This document shows positions 35,818 to 48,026 of a stretch of DNA of 64,000 nt, one piece after another. The notes under the pieces were generated by a model that did not search any database, was not told the DNA's origin, and saw only the letters and a list, made by a program, of their open reading frames with translations. The stretch is from Babesia bigemina (Eukaryota). Location: assembly GCF_000981445.1 (NCBI RefSeq), contig NC_027216.1, positions 682,001 through 746,000 of the forward strand, in the 5' to 3' direction. The position numbers were made by a program, and so were the translations under genes. Positions within the stretch are counted from its first letter, which is position 1. Each line of letters begins with the position of its first letter.

Positions 35818-36454
35818 TTATTGGCTGCATAATGTCCACTGGAGTGGCGAGCAGAGCGCGAGTCGGATTGACAAGCAGCCTCCGGCAGCAGGCACACATA
35901 CAGCGACTTAATAGCACAGGTGTGGACGATGTTATGTGTGGATAGAATACATGGTTAACCCGTAACGCCTGGGAGAGGTTTGCCGGGGTGTGACAGGGCA
36001 CATGAACGGAGCACTGTCTGCTGTGTAACTCTCACACCGGCGTCCTTCCATGCATTAATATGCATTAATAGTGCGTCAGTTGCACATTCGTGGTATAACT
36101 TATGAAATGCCCCGCCTACATGAAATTCTGACACATGTAATGGTGACGCGCGAGCCAGAAGTGAGTCTAGGCTATCACTTTCATTTACTCCTCCATTTCC
36201 GTCATCAAGCAACATACTCGCACGTGGCTGTCACAGCACCTTTACAACGCAATCGTCCCATAGGGCATACACATACAAACCCAAGTTATCGAAGCTAGCT
36301 CCAACCGGGGAATCTAGCTGCGTTATCGTTCACAGCTCCAATAGGCTGCATATTTGGCCCCTGAAAGCCGCCTTGATCGGGAAACGCCCGATTTCCAATA
36401 TTTCTCATTGCTACTGAAAGGTTACATCATCCGGAACTTAGGTGACCCATCACA

Positions 36455-36840
36455 ATGTCGACGTCAAACACGAGATTCGCCAGGCGTAAGTGGATCGTGC
36501 AGCGTGCTTTATGACAGCAGAGAAATCACTCCCCAAGCCGAACTACCTTCTGCACCAGGTAGACAACGTCTACTTCATGACGCTATGGATCATGACCAAC
36601 GTCTCCCTCATCCTCTCGGGCGTGGCCGGGGTGGTGTTCATGCGGCGCACGCTTAAGATCGCGACGTTCACCGAGATATACGTCTGCGCGAGGAAGCTCG
36701 TCGAGGATCGTGAGCAGTACAAGGAAGTCGCGGCCTCACTGATGGCCAACGCCCCGCCGTCGATATCGCAAGTCGCTCTGGTGTACTTCGCGGTATACTT
36801 CGTCTTTGTCTTCGTGCTCTGGATCTACATGAACCTGTAG
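36455..36840 (+). CDS. Small hypothetical two-TM membrane protein
   Basis: ATG 36455, intron 36486-36517 joins the 116-aa ORF in frame. Two hydrophobic segments and coding-like GC3 bias. Confidence 0.65.
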
Positions 36841-37187
36841 GTTTCGACTCGGAACTCTGTTTGTGCCTGTGACCGTGTTCGTTAGTATCGTGCTGCGTTC
36901 GACGCCACTGTGTTGGCCCTAGTCCACCAGATTCTATAAATGTGCGTGCGCTTTGTGAATTGGTACACTTGGCGCTCGTGGTTAAGCGTCACTAGTGGCA
37001 GCGGCGGCGCTGCGTTAGGCTGTGTTGCACGGTTGTTGTGTGCCCCTATTTCCCACTGCACGAACCATTCCTCCCAACACCACACACCCCCGCAGGCGAA
37101 TGATTAGACACTGTATAATTCGCCTAATGAACAAGGCCAAGGAAGACTGAAAAACCACATTACCGCTAGTCTGTTAAAACCCCATCA

Positions 37188-38178
37188 TTAAACCTTTGCC
37201 TTTCGGCGCTCTCCCCTGTTCAGAGCGTGGAATCCGCTCTTGATGGGGTTCACGGACCTGAATGCTGCTGTTACGGTTGGATTCCTGTGCCTACCTGTTG
37301 GCTCCACAGGCCTCGCAGTGCTGCGTGAAGAGCCTGGCGCGGGAGTCGCGTTCCATGGTGGTGTTGGGACTCTTGCACATGGAGCACGTGACGTACTCCG
37401 CTGAAACACTTGTCAACACTGAATCTGGTGAACGTACTAATATACTTCCTGAGCAGGCTCTCGATGTTCTTGGGGCCGTACTTGCCCTTCAGGACCAGCT
37501 GGCCGTCGCCGGCAATCGAACCCTCGGTACCCAGCTCCGACAGCACGAACTGGTGCACGTGGTCCATGCTACGCCCCATGCTGCAGCCATTGAGTGACTC
37601 CAATCGCAAACGTACACGGTGCACAGGTCCTTGAAGTTGATCCATGCCACCTTCTTTGAGCCGACACGGACCACCTGCGGCGGTCTGATGGTGTAGCGCT
37701 TGCTTCCAGCGAGGTCGGGGTTGTGAGCATTGATGAGCGTTTGGATACGCGCCAGCAGCTGTCAAACATGTGGGCACCCGATGGTCTGCGTTACCTCCTC
37801 GTACGGGTAGATGTGCCCCCTGACAAAAACCTTGCCGGTGCCGTCGATGAACTCGGCCTTCGCCGCCTCTGCCGCAAAGTCACTTAGATGCAATTAAACA
37901 CCTACCGCTGGCTGCCGGGGTCTTCTTCTTCTTCTTTTCACCGAAGTCGTACTTCGGAGGCTCCGTAGCCGCAGGGCGCACGGTACCGTTTTGGACCGTC
38001 ACATTGGCCCCCGAGCTGCCCACCCCTTCGGAAATTCCGCCGCTAGACGTGGCTGCCTCGGCAGGGCCGTGAGCCGCAGACGGGGAGAAGGATTCCGATA
38101 GGCCGTCCTGCGCCGCGTCAACCGGTTCGCGCGAAAGGCGGAACATACCTCGCGTTTTAGAGACATGTTGTCGTCCAT
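37188..38178 (-). CDS. eIF2beta: Translation initiation factor eIF2 beta subunit
   Basis: Lys box DFGEKKKKK, YPYEE, RPPQVVRVGSKK..NFKDLC, ELGTEGSI, Zn finger EYVTCSMCKS..CEACGA. Multiple short introns. Confidence 0.92.
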
Positions 38179-38383
38179 TCTGAAGTGCTAATTGTGTCGG
38201 CCGAAACGGCGCCAGCGGAGCCCCCTGCAGCGCGGCAGGTGGGGACGTGTGCGAGCGCGCCCGCGCGGAATCCCGGCGGCGGAATCATGGCAGCGTATTA
38301 CAATAAACATGTGAACCGAGTGTTCGCTTACACAAGCTCGTGTGAATCAGGTTAACCTTGCCGCGAGCGATGCTCCTGCGATA

Positions 38384-39560
38384 CTATATGCTCAGGTTGC
38401 TGATATCCACAGTGTCCAGCTCGTCCTCGCCGCGGCGGTACTGCTCGCCGTTGGGCAGCACGTTGCCGGTGGTGATCGCCGCCTCGTTCGCGCGGATGAT
38501 GGCGTCGATGTCTTCCTCGTCCTCGTAGTCGAGGTCGGCAGCGGCGCTGTCGTCGTCCATGAACAGGCTCGGGTTGAACGTAAACAGGTCCTTCCCGGTG
38601 AGGTGCACCTGGCCGCCCTTCTGCATGGTCTCGTTGAGCTCGTCTAGGCGGCCCTGCTCGCGGCTCGCGCGCCACCTGGCCAGCGACTCCGCGGTCACCA
38701 TCTCGCCGCCGGGAGGAAGCTCAGCACGCTGCACGGACGTTACGTGTGGCGCCCACGACAGTACCTGGCGTTCGATGCGCTCCTCGAGAGTCTCGTCTTC
38801 GTCCTCCACCTCCTTCGGCACGTCACTCTTTAGCACGAAACCTGCGGCCCATGAGTCGTCATGCTGCGGCACTCACCGGGAGGCAGGCAGTGGCGATACT
38901 TGCACTTGTCGCCGCCGTTCGGGCACGTCCAGAACCACCCGTACTTCTTGGTCTCCACGGCCGTCAGGAAGTGCTTGCAGATGATGTCGGTCGTGCACGA
39001 GTCGCCGGCGTGCTTCTCGCTGACGACCTTCTCAAGCATGTTGAGATCCCAGGTCGACATGTCGTCCCCTGACGCGAGTGAAATGCAACCACAATCAACA
39101 CACCATCTTCCGATTTCTGCAGACGAGGATCGCTGTAAAGGTCGATCTTCTGGTCGTCACGGCTCTGCTTCGGGTCGTACAGCGGCTTGTTGCCGTCGAC
39201 GACGACATGCTTGATGTTTTCAGTGCCTGCGCTCGGTGAAAACGCACAATCGCCGTCTCACCCTTGAACAGCGACGCCAATAGGGTTTGCTGCTGAGAGA
39301 GCTTCTGCTTCTCGGCCTTGGCCTTGTTCTGCTCGGTGAGCAGCTTGTCGTTGCTCGTCTGTTTCCCGGTGACCTGCTGCTGGACACTCTTGATGAATCT
39401 GGGGAGTTTTTATAACAGCGAACGCAGCAACCAACTTTTGTACCGATTTTGACTTGTTCTTGTTCTTCAAACCGAACGTTTTGTCTTCCGCGATCTTCTG
39501 CTTTTGCTTCTCAAGGGCCTTCTGCTGCGCCCGGTCCTGCTTAGAACCTGCCCCCGCCAT
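38384..39560 (-). CDS. ZC3H15: ZC3H15/Tma46 (DRG family regulatory protein 1) CCCH zinc-finger protein
   Basis: EDKTFGLKNKNKSKSVQK, KIDLYSDPR, ICKHFL.AVE.KKYGWFW.CPNGGD.CKYRH.LPPG|FVLK, TLEERIE, LTGKDLF. Confidence 0.9.
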
Positions 39561-40259
39561 GCTGACGATTCGTTTTCCGACGACACCATCACAAACTGGA
39601 CACGGCACCGGCGGACTGGGTCGCGAAGGCGACGGCGAATGGGGAGCGACCCACCGCGTAATGTTACGCACACTTAGGTTATAGATAACGGCTCTGTGGC
39701 ACTAGAGCCGCAATTTACATTTGTGTAGAAATGTAGTGCCGCCAGTTCCAGTTGTTATGCGCACGGCAGAATACACGGCGGCTTGTCCGATCACGCCTCT
39801 GAGCTACGTTCAGTGTTGACGTGTTAACTGCTATAATTGATACCCACAGATACGCATCGATATTAATAACACAGAAGTGCTGTTAAATATAGAAAGTTGG
39901 CGTCAGTAACGTGGAAATCGTTGCGGTGTGCCCTCTGCCATGATATCATGGATTACCTTTGACGGCAGCGTAAAATCCACCAATTACGCATCTAACCACA
40001 CGAATACGCACTGCACAAGTAGATTAAGCGCGTATACTGCAGCATGAACTGCACTTGACCCGTAGAACAGGTTTTAGACACGGGTTGAGCGCTGGATGGC
40101 TTATGTACATGGGAGATAAATCGCGTTATCACGTCAACATGCGATGTGTAGTTGAAACAGCTATTACCGTCCATGCAATAGCATGTTAGTGTTCGTGGTA
40201 TGACCGTAATATAATGCACCAGATATTTATTTCAGAGCAATGTCCAACAACAAGTGCTA

Positions 40260-40550
40260 CCACTGGCAAGCATCCTGCTGTCAGATACACTTCTGGTCAT
40301 CCGAAGTGGCGAGTGTGACAGTATTGCCACTTGCAAGCTTCCTGCTGTCAGATACACTTCTGGTCATCCGAAGTGGCGAGTGTGACAGTATTGCCACTTG
40401 CAAGCTTCCTGCTGTCAGATACACTTCTGGTCATCCGAAGTGGCGAGTGTGACAGTATTGCCACTTGCAAGCTTCCTGCTGTCAGATACACTTCCGGTCA
40501 TCCGACGCGACGGGTGTGAGAGTAGCGTCTGTGCCCGGCTTCCTGCTTCG
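40260..40550. repeat. 67-bp tandem repeat (~4 copies) overlapping the PARN stop codon
   Basis: tcagatacac recurs at 40281, 40348, 40415 and 40482 (period 67). The last, diverged copy is the coding end of PARN. Confidence 0.95.
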
Positions 40551-42473
40551 CGACTGCTCATACGTCTCGAGCCTGAACTGCGGGTTCTTCATCATGCGAT
40601 AGATCAGGTTAATGTTGCGGATGTCCTCGTCGTTCTTCACTATCACCCAGCAGGAGGTGTCGTCGATCACGCTGACGGACACCCACAGGGGCGACCACAC
40701 CTTCATGATGTCCCACTTCTTCCACGAGTTGGGGTACCCCGTCATCAGAAAGTACCGGTCCATGTTACCCTCGCGGTTGGTGGCCAGGTTTATTGCATTT
40801 GGCTGCGATTTCACCAGGCGGATGCAGTTGGTGGACGGCCCGATGTGCTCAAGCAGCGCAAGGGCGTTGAGGGACCCGTCAGGCGACGACGCACATAGCT
40901 TATCCCAATTCGCGTGCTTGGACCGGAGGATGCGGCCGCTCTGCAACACGAACAGCACGCAGGTCATGAAGCTGTCGTATCCAGCGTCGTGTGACTGCAT
41001 GACCGTGGCGCTTCCGTCGGCGGTCTTGAAGGAGTCGGCCGATATCTCCGCCGGCGTGCCGGTTTTCGCCAACAGCGGAAGCACCGCCGGCGGCAGCACC
41101 CACGAAGTGCCGGGAAGCGGATGGACGGAGATGGTGGTTCCGCCTGGTGCAGTGGGCTCAGTCGCGCACATGTGGTCGAACAGGCCCTTCAGGGTGGACG
41201 ACTGTTGCGTCGATGCCACGGCGTCGTGGAACTCGGCGATGTATTTTGTGTCCAGCGTGTTTCGGAACTTATCAGTCCAGAGCTTGCGGAACTCCTCCAC
41301 GGACTCCGGCAGCTCGCCGTAGAAGGTCTGGTAGATGTGCAGCATGTCGTAGAAACAGTTGTGACCCACAAGGATTTTCCCGTGCTGCGATATTTCGTCG
41401 AATAGCGCCCTCACACCGATTTCCTCGTCGATGCGTGCCAGTTCAGCCTGCAGCGTCAGCTTTTGCTGCTTGTACAACTCGACCTGCGACTTGTAGATGC
41501 AGATCACCTTCTCGTCGCCCCGACGGGCTGAATGGCTGTAGACCTCAGGGAACTGCTGGCCGATGATTGTGTGCATGAGCAGGCGTTGGAACGCGCTGTC
41601 TAGTTCGATTTCCAGGGGGTTGTTATCCCCGCTGCGAATCCAATCCTTAATGCGACCGATGACGTCCTCGGCTACCGACCGGTCCTCCGCCGTCAGGGAG
41701 GATAGGTCGAATTCCACGGCTGCCGCTGGCGTACCAGGAGGTGCGCTGTTCACCAGCTGGTCGAGCTCTTTAATGCGCAGCTCGATACTGGCCTTCCGAT
41801 CGCGCTCCTCGGCCGGCGTGAGGTGCTCCACGCCGTGGCGGATCCAGCTGTTGAAGTCGAAGTTGTTGTCCTTGAGGAACTGCAGCGTGCTCGTGCTCAC
41901 CTGGAAAAACTTGTTCGACGACGGTATTGTGTACACGGAGGTAGGGGTGATCTTCCACACCCCCTTGCCCAGATACTTGGCTGCAGTCAGACCTATTTGG
42001 CAGGGCACGAACTGCTTGGCGCCAGAGGCATGCGCTTCATAGCACTTCTCCAATCCCACGAAACGATCATCCTTGAGGTGCAAACCCGTGTATTCCACGT
42101 CAACAGCCACGAAATCGCACGTTCGGAGAGCAGAGCGTGCCTCCTGCACGTGGTCCTTCCACGTCAACCTGGAGGTTGCCGCGCTGGAGAAAGATCGTTT
42201 CACTCCATGGGCACTATTCCTGCGATATGGTACTGCTGAATGCCCATGCCTCCGCTGCAACAGCATGCCAGTGATAGCGTTTGACGATGCATTGGCATCG
42301 TTGAGGACGCTGTAACAGCGCTCCTGCCGGCGGCACCTCGCATTTAAGGCAGCATACGACCAGGAATCCCAACAATAGACATGCCTTATCGTATTCAGAG
42401 CGCGAATCGCATCCAATTCTACGCAGCAGCTACCAGTGGCGCCCGTCGCCAGGAGCTTCGCCGAAGCATACAT
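40482..42473 (-). CDS. PARN: Poly(A)-specific ribonuclease PARN-like (CAF1/DEDD family, R3H)
   Basis: DFVAVDVEYTGL, QIGL, FLKDNNFDFNSWI, R3H-like AFQRLLMH, LVGHNCFYD, DTKY, HDAGYDSFMT, C-terminal RRM-like region. Start is ATG 42473 or 42266. Confidence 0.88.
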   Translation of the reverse strand: MYASAKLLATGATGSCCVELDAIRALNTIRHVYCWDSWSYAALNARCRRQERCYSVLNDANASSNAITGMLLQRRHGHSAVPYRRNSAHGVKRSFSSAATSRLTWKDHVQEARSALRTCDFVAVDVEYTGLHLKDDRFVGLEKCYEAHASGAKQFVPCQIGLTAAKYLGKGVWKITPTSVYTIPSSNKFFQVSTSTLQFLKDNNFDFNSWIRHGVEHLTPAEERDRKASIELRIKELDQLVNSAPPGTPAAAVEFDLSSLTAEDRSVAEDVIGRIKDWIRSGDNNPLEIELDSAFQRLLMHTIIGQQFPEVYSHSARRGDEKVICIYKSQVELYKQQKLTLQAELARIDEEIGVRALFDEISQHGKILVGHNCFYDMLHIYQTFYGELPESVEEFRKLWTDKFRNTLDTKYIAEFHDAVASTQQSSTLKGLFDHMCATEPTAPGGTTISVHPLPGTSWVLPPAVLPLLAKTGTPAEISADSFKTADGSATVMQSHDAGYDSFMTCVLFVLQSGRILRSKHANWDKLCASSPDGSLNALALLEHIGPSTNCIRLVKSQPNAINLATNREGNMDRYFLMTGYPNSWKKWDIMKVWSPLWVSVSVIDDTSCWVIVKNDEDIRNINLIYRMMKNPQFRLETYEQSRSRKPGTDATLTPVASDDRKCI

Positions 42474-42807
42474 CTCACAGCGCGCAACCACTTGACTTCT
42501 GCCTTTACATAACAACCTGATGAGTAATTATCCTTACTTCCACTACGAGAGCATTTTACTGCATTATACAAGAGTGCGAGATACTGAATCGCAGCCTTTA
42601 TCGTGAATCGCAGGCGACTACACCCTGCTGGTGCCGCAGCGTATCAGGAAGGATATAGCCCGCTGCTGCTACACACTGGAGTTATACACCTTCAAATATG
42701 TACATTATGGTCATTGTCAACGCACACTAAGTTGGCAGTCAGAATGTGACGTCCACCTTCTCAGTGTGTCTACAGGCCGATACGTCGTAAGGTGATATCG
42801 TATCGAG

Positions 42808-45800
42808 ATGTTCCACGACATTCTGATGGCCTTGGCCGGTCACCCCGGCGAGCTAATAGTAGCGAAACCCGGAGAAGGCGGTGGATTCGCCGTTGCCGAC
42901 GGGTGTCAAGGGATATTGCACGCCGAACGCAGTGTCGTCAACTCGATCGTGGCAATCGGTTACAAATACCGCTGCCTGGAAGATTTTGTGAGATCCGTGA
43001 AGGATGCAGAGCACAACTACACGCTCTCCTTACTTTTGGGGGACGATGTGGCATATCGCAATAGGCGCAGTGGCGTCAAAGTCCGTGGCCAGGCACGCGG
43101 CGACGCCCAGACGAAGGAATCAGATTGCGTGCCGGAATACCGTGGCAACTATTTGGGCGCCATGTGCGCCGGTATCGAGGAGTACCTGCAAGAGTATAGA
43201 TCGCACCTGGTCACCGTCGAAAAAACAGTCCTGGCTGACCCGTGCCTACCGCTCAGTACGCTGTCGTTGCTCATGGCCGAGCAGAAGCAGATAATTGAAG
43301 CACTGGCGAGCATTGTGCGAACATATCGTGACATGGTTCAGCGTAAGGTAGACGAGCGCAAACCGGGAGTTTTGCGCGTCGACGAGATGCTGTGCATGCT
43401 GCAGTCCACGGCAGGCGGAGCCACCGTGCGCAAAGTGCGGCAGTCGCTCTACAACCGGTGCCTCAACCTTTTCAAAAAGCAGCTGAGGAAATGGATCTGC
43501 AATGGCCAGCTTTCGAATCACCACGACGAGTTTTTGGTGTGCCGCCGAAGAACCACTCCTGACACCGGTGCTTCTGGTGGACACGCACCGCATGGGGATA
43601 TCAGCAGTAGCTTCGGTTATGAGCACCTACGTCAGAATGTGAGTGATAAGGCTGCTGAATTCGAGTGGACATTCGTGTTCTACCTGAGTACAGGGGAGCC
43701 CAAGTGGCCGGTATGCTCATATCAGACGTGGCAATCAATCCTCTTTTTGGGTAAAGCCGTGCGCATGCTCATTCGTCGGTACGGCAACGAAAGTCAGTTG
43801 GAGGCGCAGTGCCGACATGTTTTCGACGATTGGGAGAGCAACTGTGATTCCGCGGCGGCATTCGAAGAGGCCATCGAAAAATATCGCATTTGGGTTGCCA
43901 GGGCATTCTGGATTTACGTGAACGAAACTGTTGACGTATCTGCCTTAATTGATACCTTCAGGCACGTATACTTCCTGGGCCACCACGACCTCTACGACGA
44001 CCTCATGGAGAGATCGTGGTTCACCATGCAAACGCCGCGTAACTTGGCGTCCTGCACCGACCTCAAGCAGAAGGTGCGCAGCATGATGTCATACAAATTG
44101 GACAGCGCTCCTTCCAGTCGCGCAGACCCGCCTGCTGCAGATTGTATGGACACCGATCCAGCTGAGATGAACGGCGGTCACAACGACAAAAATGAGGATG
44201 CATTCGCTATCACGCAAGGCGGCAGTGTCGCACGCAGCCGTGCAGGCAAACCGATGTTCGATTTCCGACAGCGCACATATCACTTCAACATGAGCCGTCG
44301 GCGGTTCGTCCTCTGCAGAGACACTGCGTAAGTTGATGCTGCGTGATGCCGCCCAGCTATTACACTGCAGGTGGATCGACAATGAACTTGTGCTGAACGT
44401 CAGCGAAAAACGGCTGGAGGAGCCCATCTCGGGATCGGTGGAGGCCTCAGCTGTCTGGTTCGAGAACCGCGTGCACGTGGCCAACGGGTTCGAGTGCGGG
44501 TTGCGGCTGGAGCTGAGCCAGCTGGAGGCTGCCTACATGTATACCGAGGAGAAAATGCGCGGCAAGACTTTGGGCAGGTTCTGCAGGTTCGCCGTGGTGG
44601 TGCAGTGCACGGTGGACCCCGTGCGGCTGAGTTCCACTGCACTTGATCAGGGGCTGCCCGCCGTTTTGCGAGACTACTTCGCCGTGGAGTTCGTGGTGGA
44701 TTATGACAACGTTGCGAGTGACGACGAGTCGATCCTGGTCAAGGGTGCAGTGAAGCTCGTCGGCGACTGCGTGTCGGCGTTCGTCGGCGGGGCCAAAATG
44801 GCCGAGGCGCAGCGCGGGATGCTGTGCATCAACGAGGGCCAACACAGGTTCAACCTCACTGACGGAAGCAGGCTCGATTTCCAGTTCATAGTTAGGCTCA
44901 AAATGACTCGCAAACGTCTCTACGCGGAACTTCAGCACCCGGCCTCGGGTGACAGCCTGATCTTGGAGACCGACGTGCTGGACACGTCCCACCTGCTGCC
45001 GCACGAATTCGGCGACGCGTACCTTGGGCTGATGTCCTACAACGGTGATGGGAGTGCAGGTGGCGCAACAACGAGTGTGTTGAAACGGAACTGCGCGATT
45101 CGGGTGTCAGATTGGGACTACCTGGGGTGCATGGCAGCGTACGACATAGCGCCCCTGGGGGAGATTGACGGCCCGCCGACCCACGAGGATTTTCACAAGG
45201 AGCTGCCCGGGCTGCGCATGCTGGAGTTCGAAAGCGGGATCAACGACTGGATCCACGCCACCATGGCCTACTGCTGCGCATGGCCCGTCACCATACTGCT
45301 GGACCTGCCGACAATGCTCTGCTACAACAGCGTATTCCAGTTTATATTACTTATTCGGTATGTTTCGCCCAATGTGAAAATATGTTTCGCAGTCGCTGCG
45401 TCTACGGCCTCGAGAGCCTGTGCCACCTCCACCCACTGATGAGGCGGTTCGGGGTAAATGGGAAGGCCTCCAAGCTGCCCTCCGTTTGTTGCAGAGTGAC
45501 GTGTATGCGATGGCGTATGTATGCGTTCATGGTTGCCCTGCAGTCCTACATACAACAGTGCGTGGTGGAGGGGTCTTGCAGGCAAATGCGCGCCGTCCTG
45601 GGGCACACCGGCACGTTCCACGAGATAAAGGCGGCACATGATCAGTACCTTTCGCACGTCGCTCTAAACTGCTTCCTCGACCAGCGTCACGTGTTGGAGC
45701 CGCTGCTGCAGTGCGCAGACGCCTCCCTGAAGTTCGCCACCCTGTGCTATTGCGCATTCAACGGCAGCAGCGATGTGGACTACGGGGTCGTGGTTCCAAA

Positions 45801-45936
45801 ACTCGGCGAATTCAGTGCCACTTTTGAGCACAACATGACACGCGTGTACGAGAGGCTCCTGTTGCTGTCGAACGATGCCAAGTACAGCGCCCTTGGCACG
45901 TTCGTAGAGATGTGCAGTTTCGCACGCCACCGGTGA
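42808..45936 (+). CDS. GCP4: Gamma-tubulin complex component (Spc97/Spc98 family, GCP4-like)
   Basis: N-terminus MFHDILMALAGHPG, SILFLGKAV, Y...WP...LLD..YNSVFQFILLIRR, LQSYIQ..VVE, AHDQYL...CFL. Introns 44328-44370 and 45358-45392. Confidence 0.8.
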
Positions 45937-46153
45937 CTACCATTCGCACTGCGTTGTCATCAGCCTTGACTTACTAACTAACTTGATTGGCGCATGGGCC
46001 ACAATCTACATTGTGCTGTGGTTGGCATGTCATTTGCCAAGCAACATAAACCTGGTAATAAAAATCCTCCTTGGCGCGTAACACTGCGCGCAAGATAAAC
46101 CCATCTCAAATCCAATCGTGATGCAACTCGACTCGAGCGCTTTTGCTGCCTCG

Positions 46154-47605
46154 TCAGGCACTGAGCGGGACAGAAGCCCCCGGCAACAGCTTGATGCTGA
46201 CGGGCAGAATGTCCTCCTCGGCCACGGAATCGGGGTTGGCATTGTCACAAGACTTGCCCGATGCCTCCATCGACGAAGAGCTGGTCCCTTCAGTGTGTGA
46301 GGCAATCGCGCCCGAGCGCCTGCGGATGCTCTCGCGCCTCATCAACCACAGCAGCGGGGCGATCATCGCCGTCCTGATGACGATGAAGGCCGTCTGCCAC
46401 CCGTTCATGCCGCCGTACGTCGCGATCAGGTAGTTTATCAGCGGGTTAATGGCCAGCGTAACCCCGGCGACCGTCGTGAGGTAGCCCTTCATGCTGCCGG
46501 AGTACTTGATGTCCACGATGTGCTCGAGGCAGATGAAGAAGAACGTGATGAACCCGCTGAAGGTCACCGAGATGCAAATGCTCGCGAAGATGCTGGTGAC
46601 GGTCTCGCTGCTGAGCAGGAACGCGTGCATCGCCATGGAGACGACGTTGAGGCCCAGCATCACCACGACCACACCGTACCTGTTGATCACCCACATGAAC
46701 ATGAGCGAGAAGAGAAACGAGAGCGGCAGCATGACGCCGTTGAAGTTCTCAGCGACCGGGTTGTTGATGTAGATCTGCGTGAACGACTCCTGGGCGAAGG
46801 TCAGGGAGACGCAGTTCAGCACGAAGACCACGCTGAGCACCAGGATCTCGGGATGCACGATGTAGCGCAGGAAGGTCTTGAAGTTCCACGCCGAGTCGTC
46901 CGGCGTCTCCTCCTTCACCTCCATCTCCGTGTTCTTGTCCGCCATCGCGGGGGTCATGTTCGACGCGATGTCCCGCGCGACGTTGTTGGGGAAGATCACA
47001 ATGGAGACGAGCAACCACGGCAGGTGCGTGATGAGCAGCTTCACGTACACGAACGTCGGCAGGTCCGCTCCGGGCATCAGCGACATGATGAGGTTCATGA
47101 CCGGGACGTAGAAGCAGCCGATCGACAGGCAGGCGGAGATGATGCACATCGCCATGTCCTGGTACGCAGGCCAGTAGCGCGCCGCCGTGTAGACGGGGAA
47201 CGCCACGGCGTTGACCGTAAGGCCGCACAGCACGCACGCCAGGATCATGAGCGAGTTGTAGTGCGGCATGTACGCCAGCAGCATCCAGGAGGCAACACGC
47301 AGCACGATGGCGGTGATGATGCAGATCCTCGGACCCAGGAGATCCATGTAAACTCCAGTCCCGATGCTGGTGACGAACTCCGAGATGCGGAACACGCTGA
47401 GCAACCCGCTCAACCTCTTCAGCTGCTCCTCGCACTGCACCGGCCCCTGGGCCTGCTCGCCTTCATCGCTCGGCGGGCAAGAATCCCGGTACACGCCGAA
47501 GCGGACGAGCATGGTCGTCGTCGCGCTCCACGAGTCGTAATACGCGCTCACGAAGATCGTGACGGCGGCGTAGAGCGCCAGGCGCACAGACCAACGTATC
47601 TTCAT
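46154..47605 (-). CDS. MFS-fold transporter, ApiAT (apicomplexan amino acid transporter)-like
   Basis: 483 aa, ~12 hydrophobic segments, first loop G.Y...C..C.EQ, motif GVYMDLLGPR. Confidence 0.8.
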   Translation of the reverse strand: MKIRWSVRLALYAAVTIFVSAYYDSWSATTTMLVRFGVYRDSCPPSDEGEQAQGPVQCEEQLKRLSGLLSVFRISEFVTSIGTGVYMDLLGPRICIITAIVLRVASWMLLAYMPHYNSLMILACVLCGLTVNAVAFPVYTAARYWPAYQDMAMCIISACLSIGCFYVPVMNLIMSLMPGADLPTFVYVKLLITHLPWLLVSIVIFPNNVARDIASNMTPAMADKNTEMEVKEETPDDSAWNFKTFLRYIVHPEILVLSVVFVLNCVSLTFAQESFTQIYINNPVAENFNGVMLPLSFLFSLMFMWVINRYGVVVVMLGLNVVSMAMHAFLLSSETVTSIFASICISVTFSGFITFFFICLEHIVDIKYSGSMKGYLTTVAGVTLAINPLINYLIATYGGMNGWQTAFIVIRTAMIAPLLWLMRRESIRRRSGAIASHTEGTSSSSMEASGKSCDNANPDSVAEEDILPVSIKLLPGASVPLSA

Positions 47606-48026
47606 CCTTTCCAGAGGGTGGTCGGAGTACTCAACCCTGTGTTTCGAAAAAACGGCAGCTAATCTAGCTAATTAGCAGCCACATGCCTGCGTAAAATTTT
47701 TCGGGATGTGCAACGGGAATAAAAATCATGCAGCCGCTTGGCTAGGAACACCCGGGCAGCAACTCGCCGACCCTCCTACAGCGGCACCGTCGCGGTTTCG
47801 CCCGACTGCTATAACAAAGAAAAAACTACCGGCCAGTGAATTCCGGATACACGAAGCGCACTGATATTATTAACTGCTCTTGCGCATCGCTGTTTCTGTT
47901 GCAGGTGGTGTGTCGCAGACCGCCGCCCTCATGAGGGCCGATGTGTCTAGGCTACGCGTTCCGTGGCGCCTATGCGGCCCACACAAACGATGTATGCGAT
48001 ACATAACGCGTAGCCGCGTAGTCAGC

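Noticed and set aside
40240..40519. Short + strand ORFs and CRISPR-like look of the 67-bp array
   Set aside because: The units are identical with no spacers, and the ORFs are by-products of the repeat.
44328..44370. Apparent stop/frameshift splitting GCP4 (similar breaks in ispE, PheRS, CDC6, ispG)
   Set aside because: Each break examined is resolved by a canonical short GT-AG intron, so neither pseudogenisation nor recoding is needed.
46520..47662. 380-aa + strand ORF
   Set aside because: Antisense to the transporter gene; codon-bias artefact.
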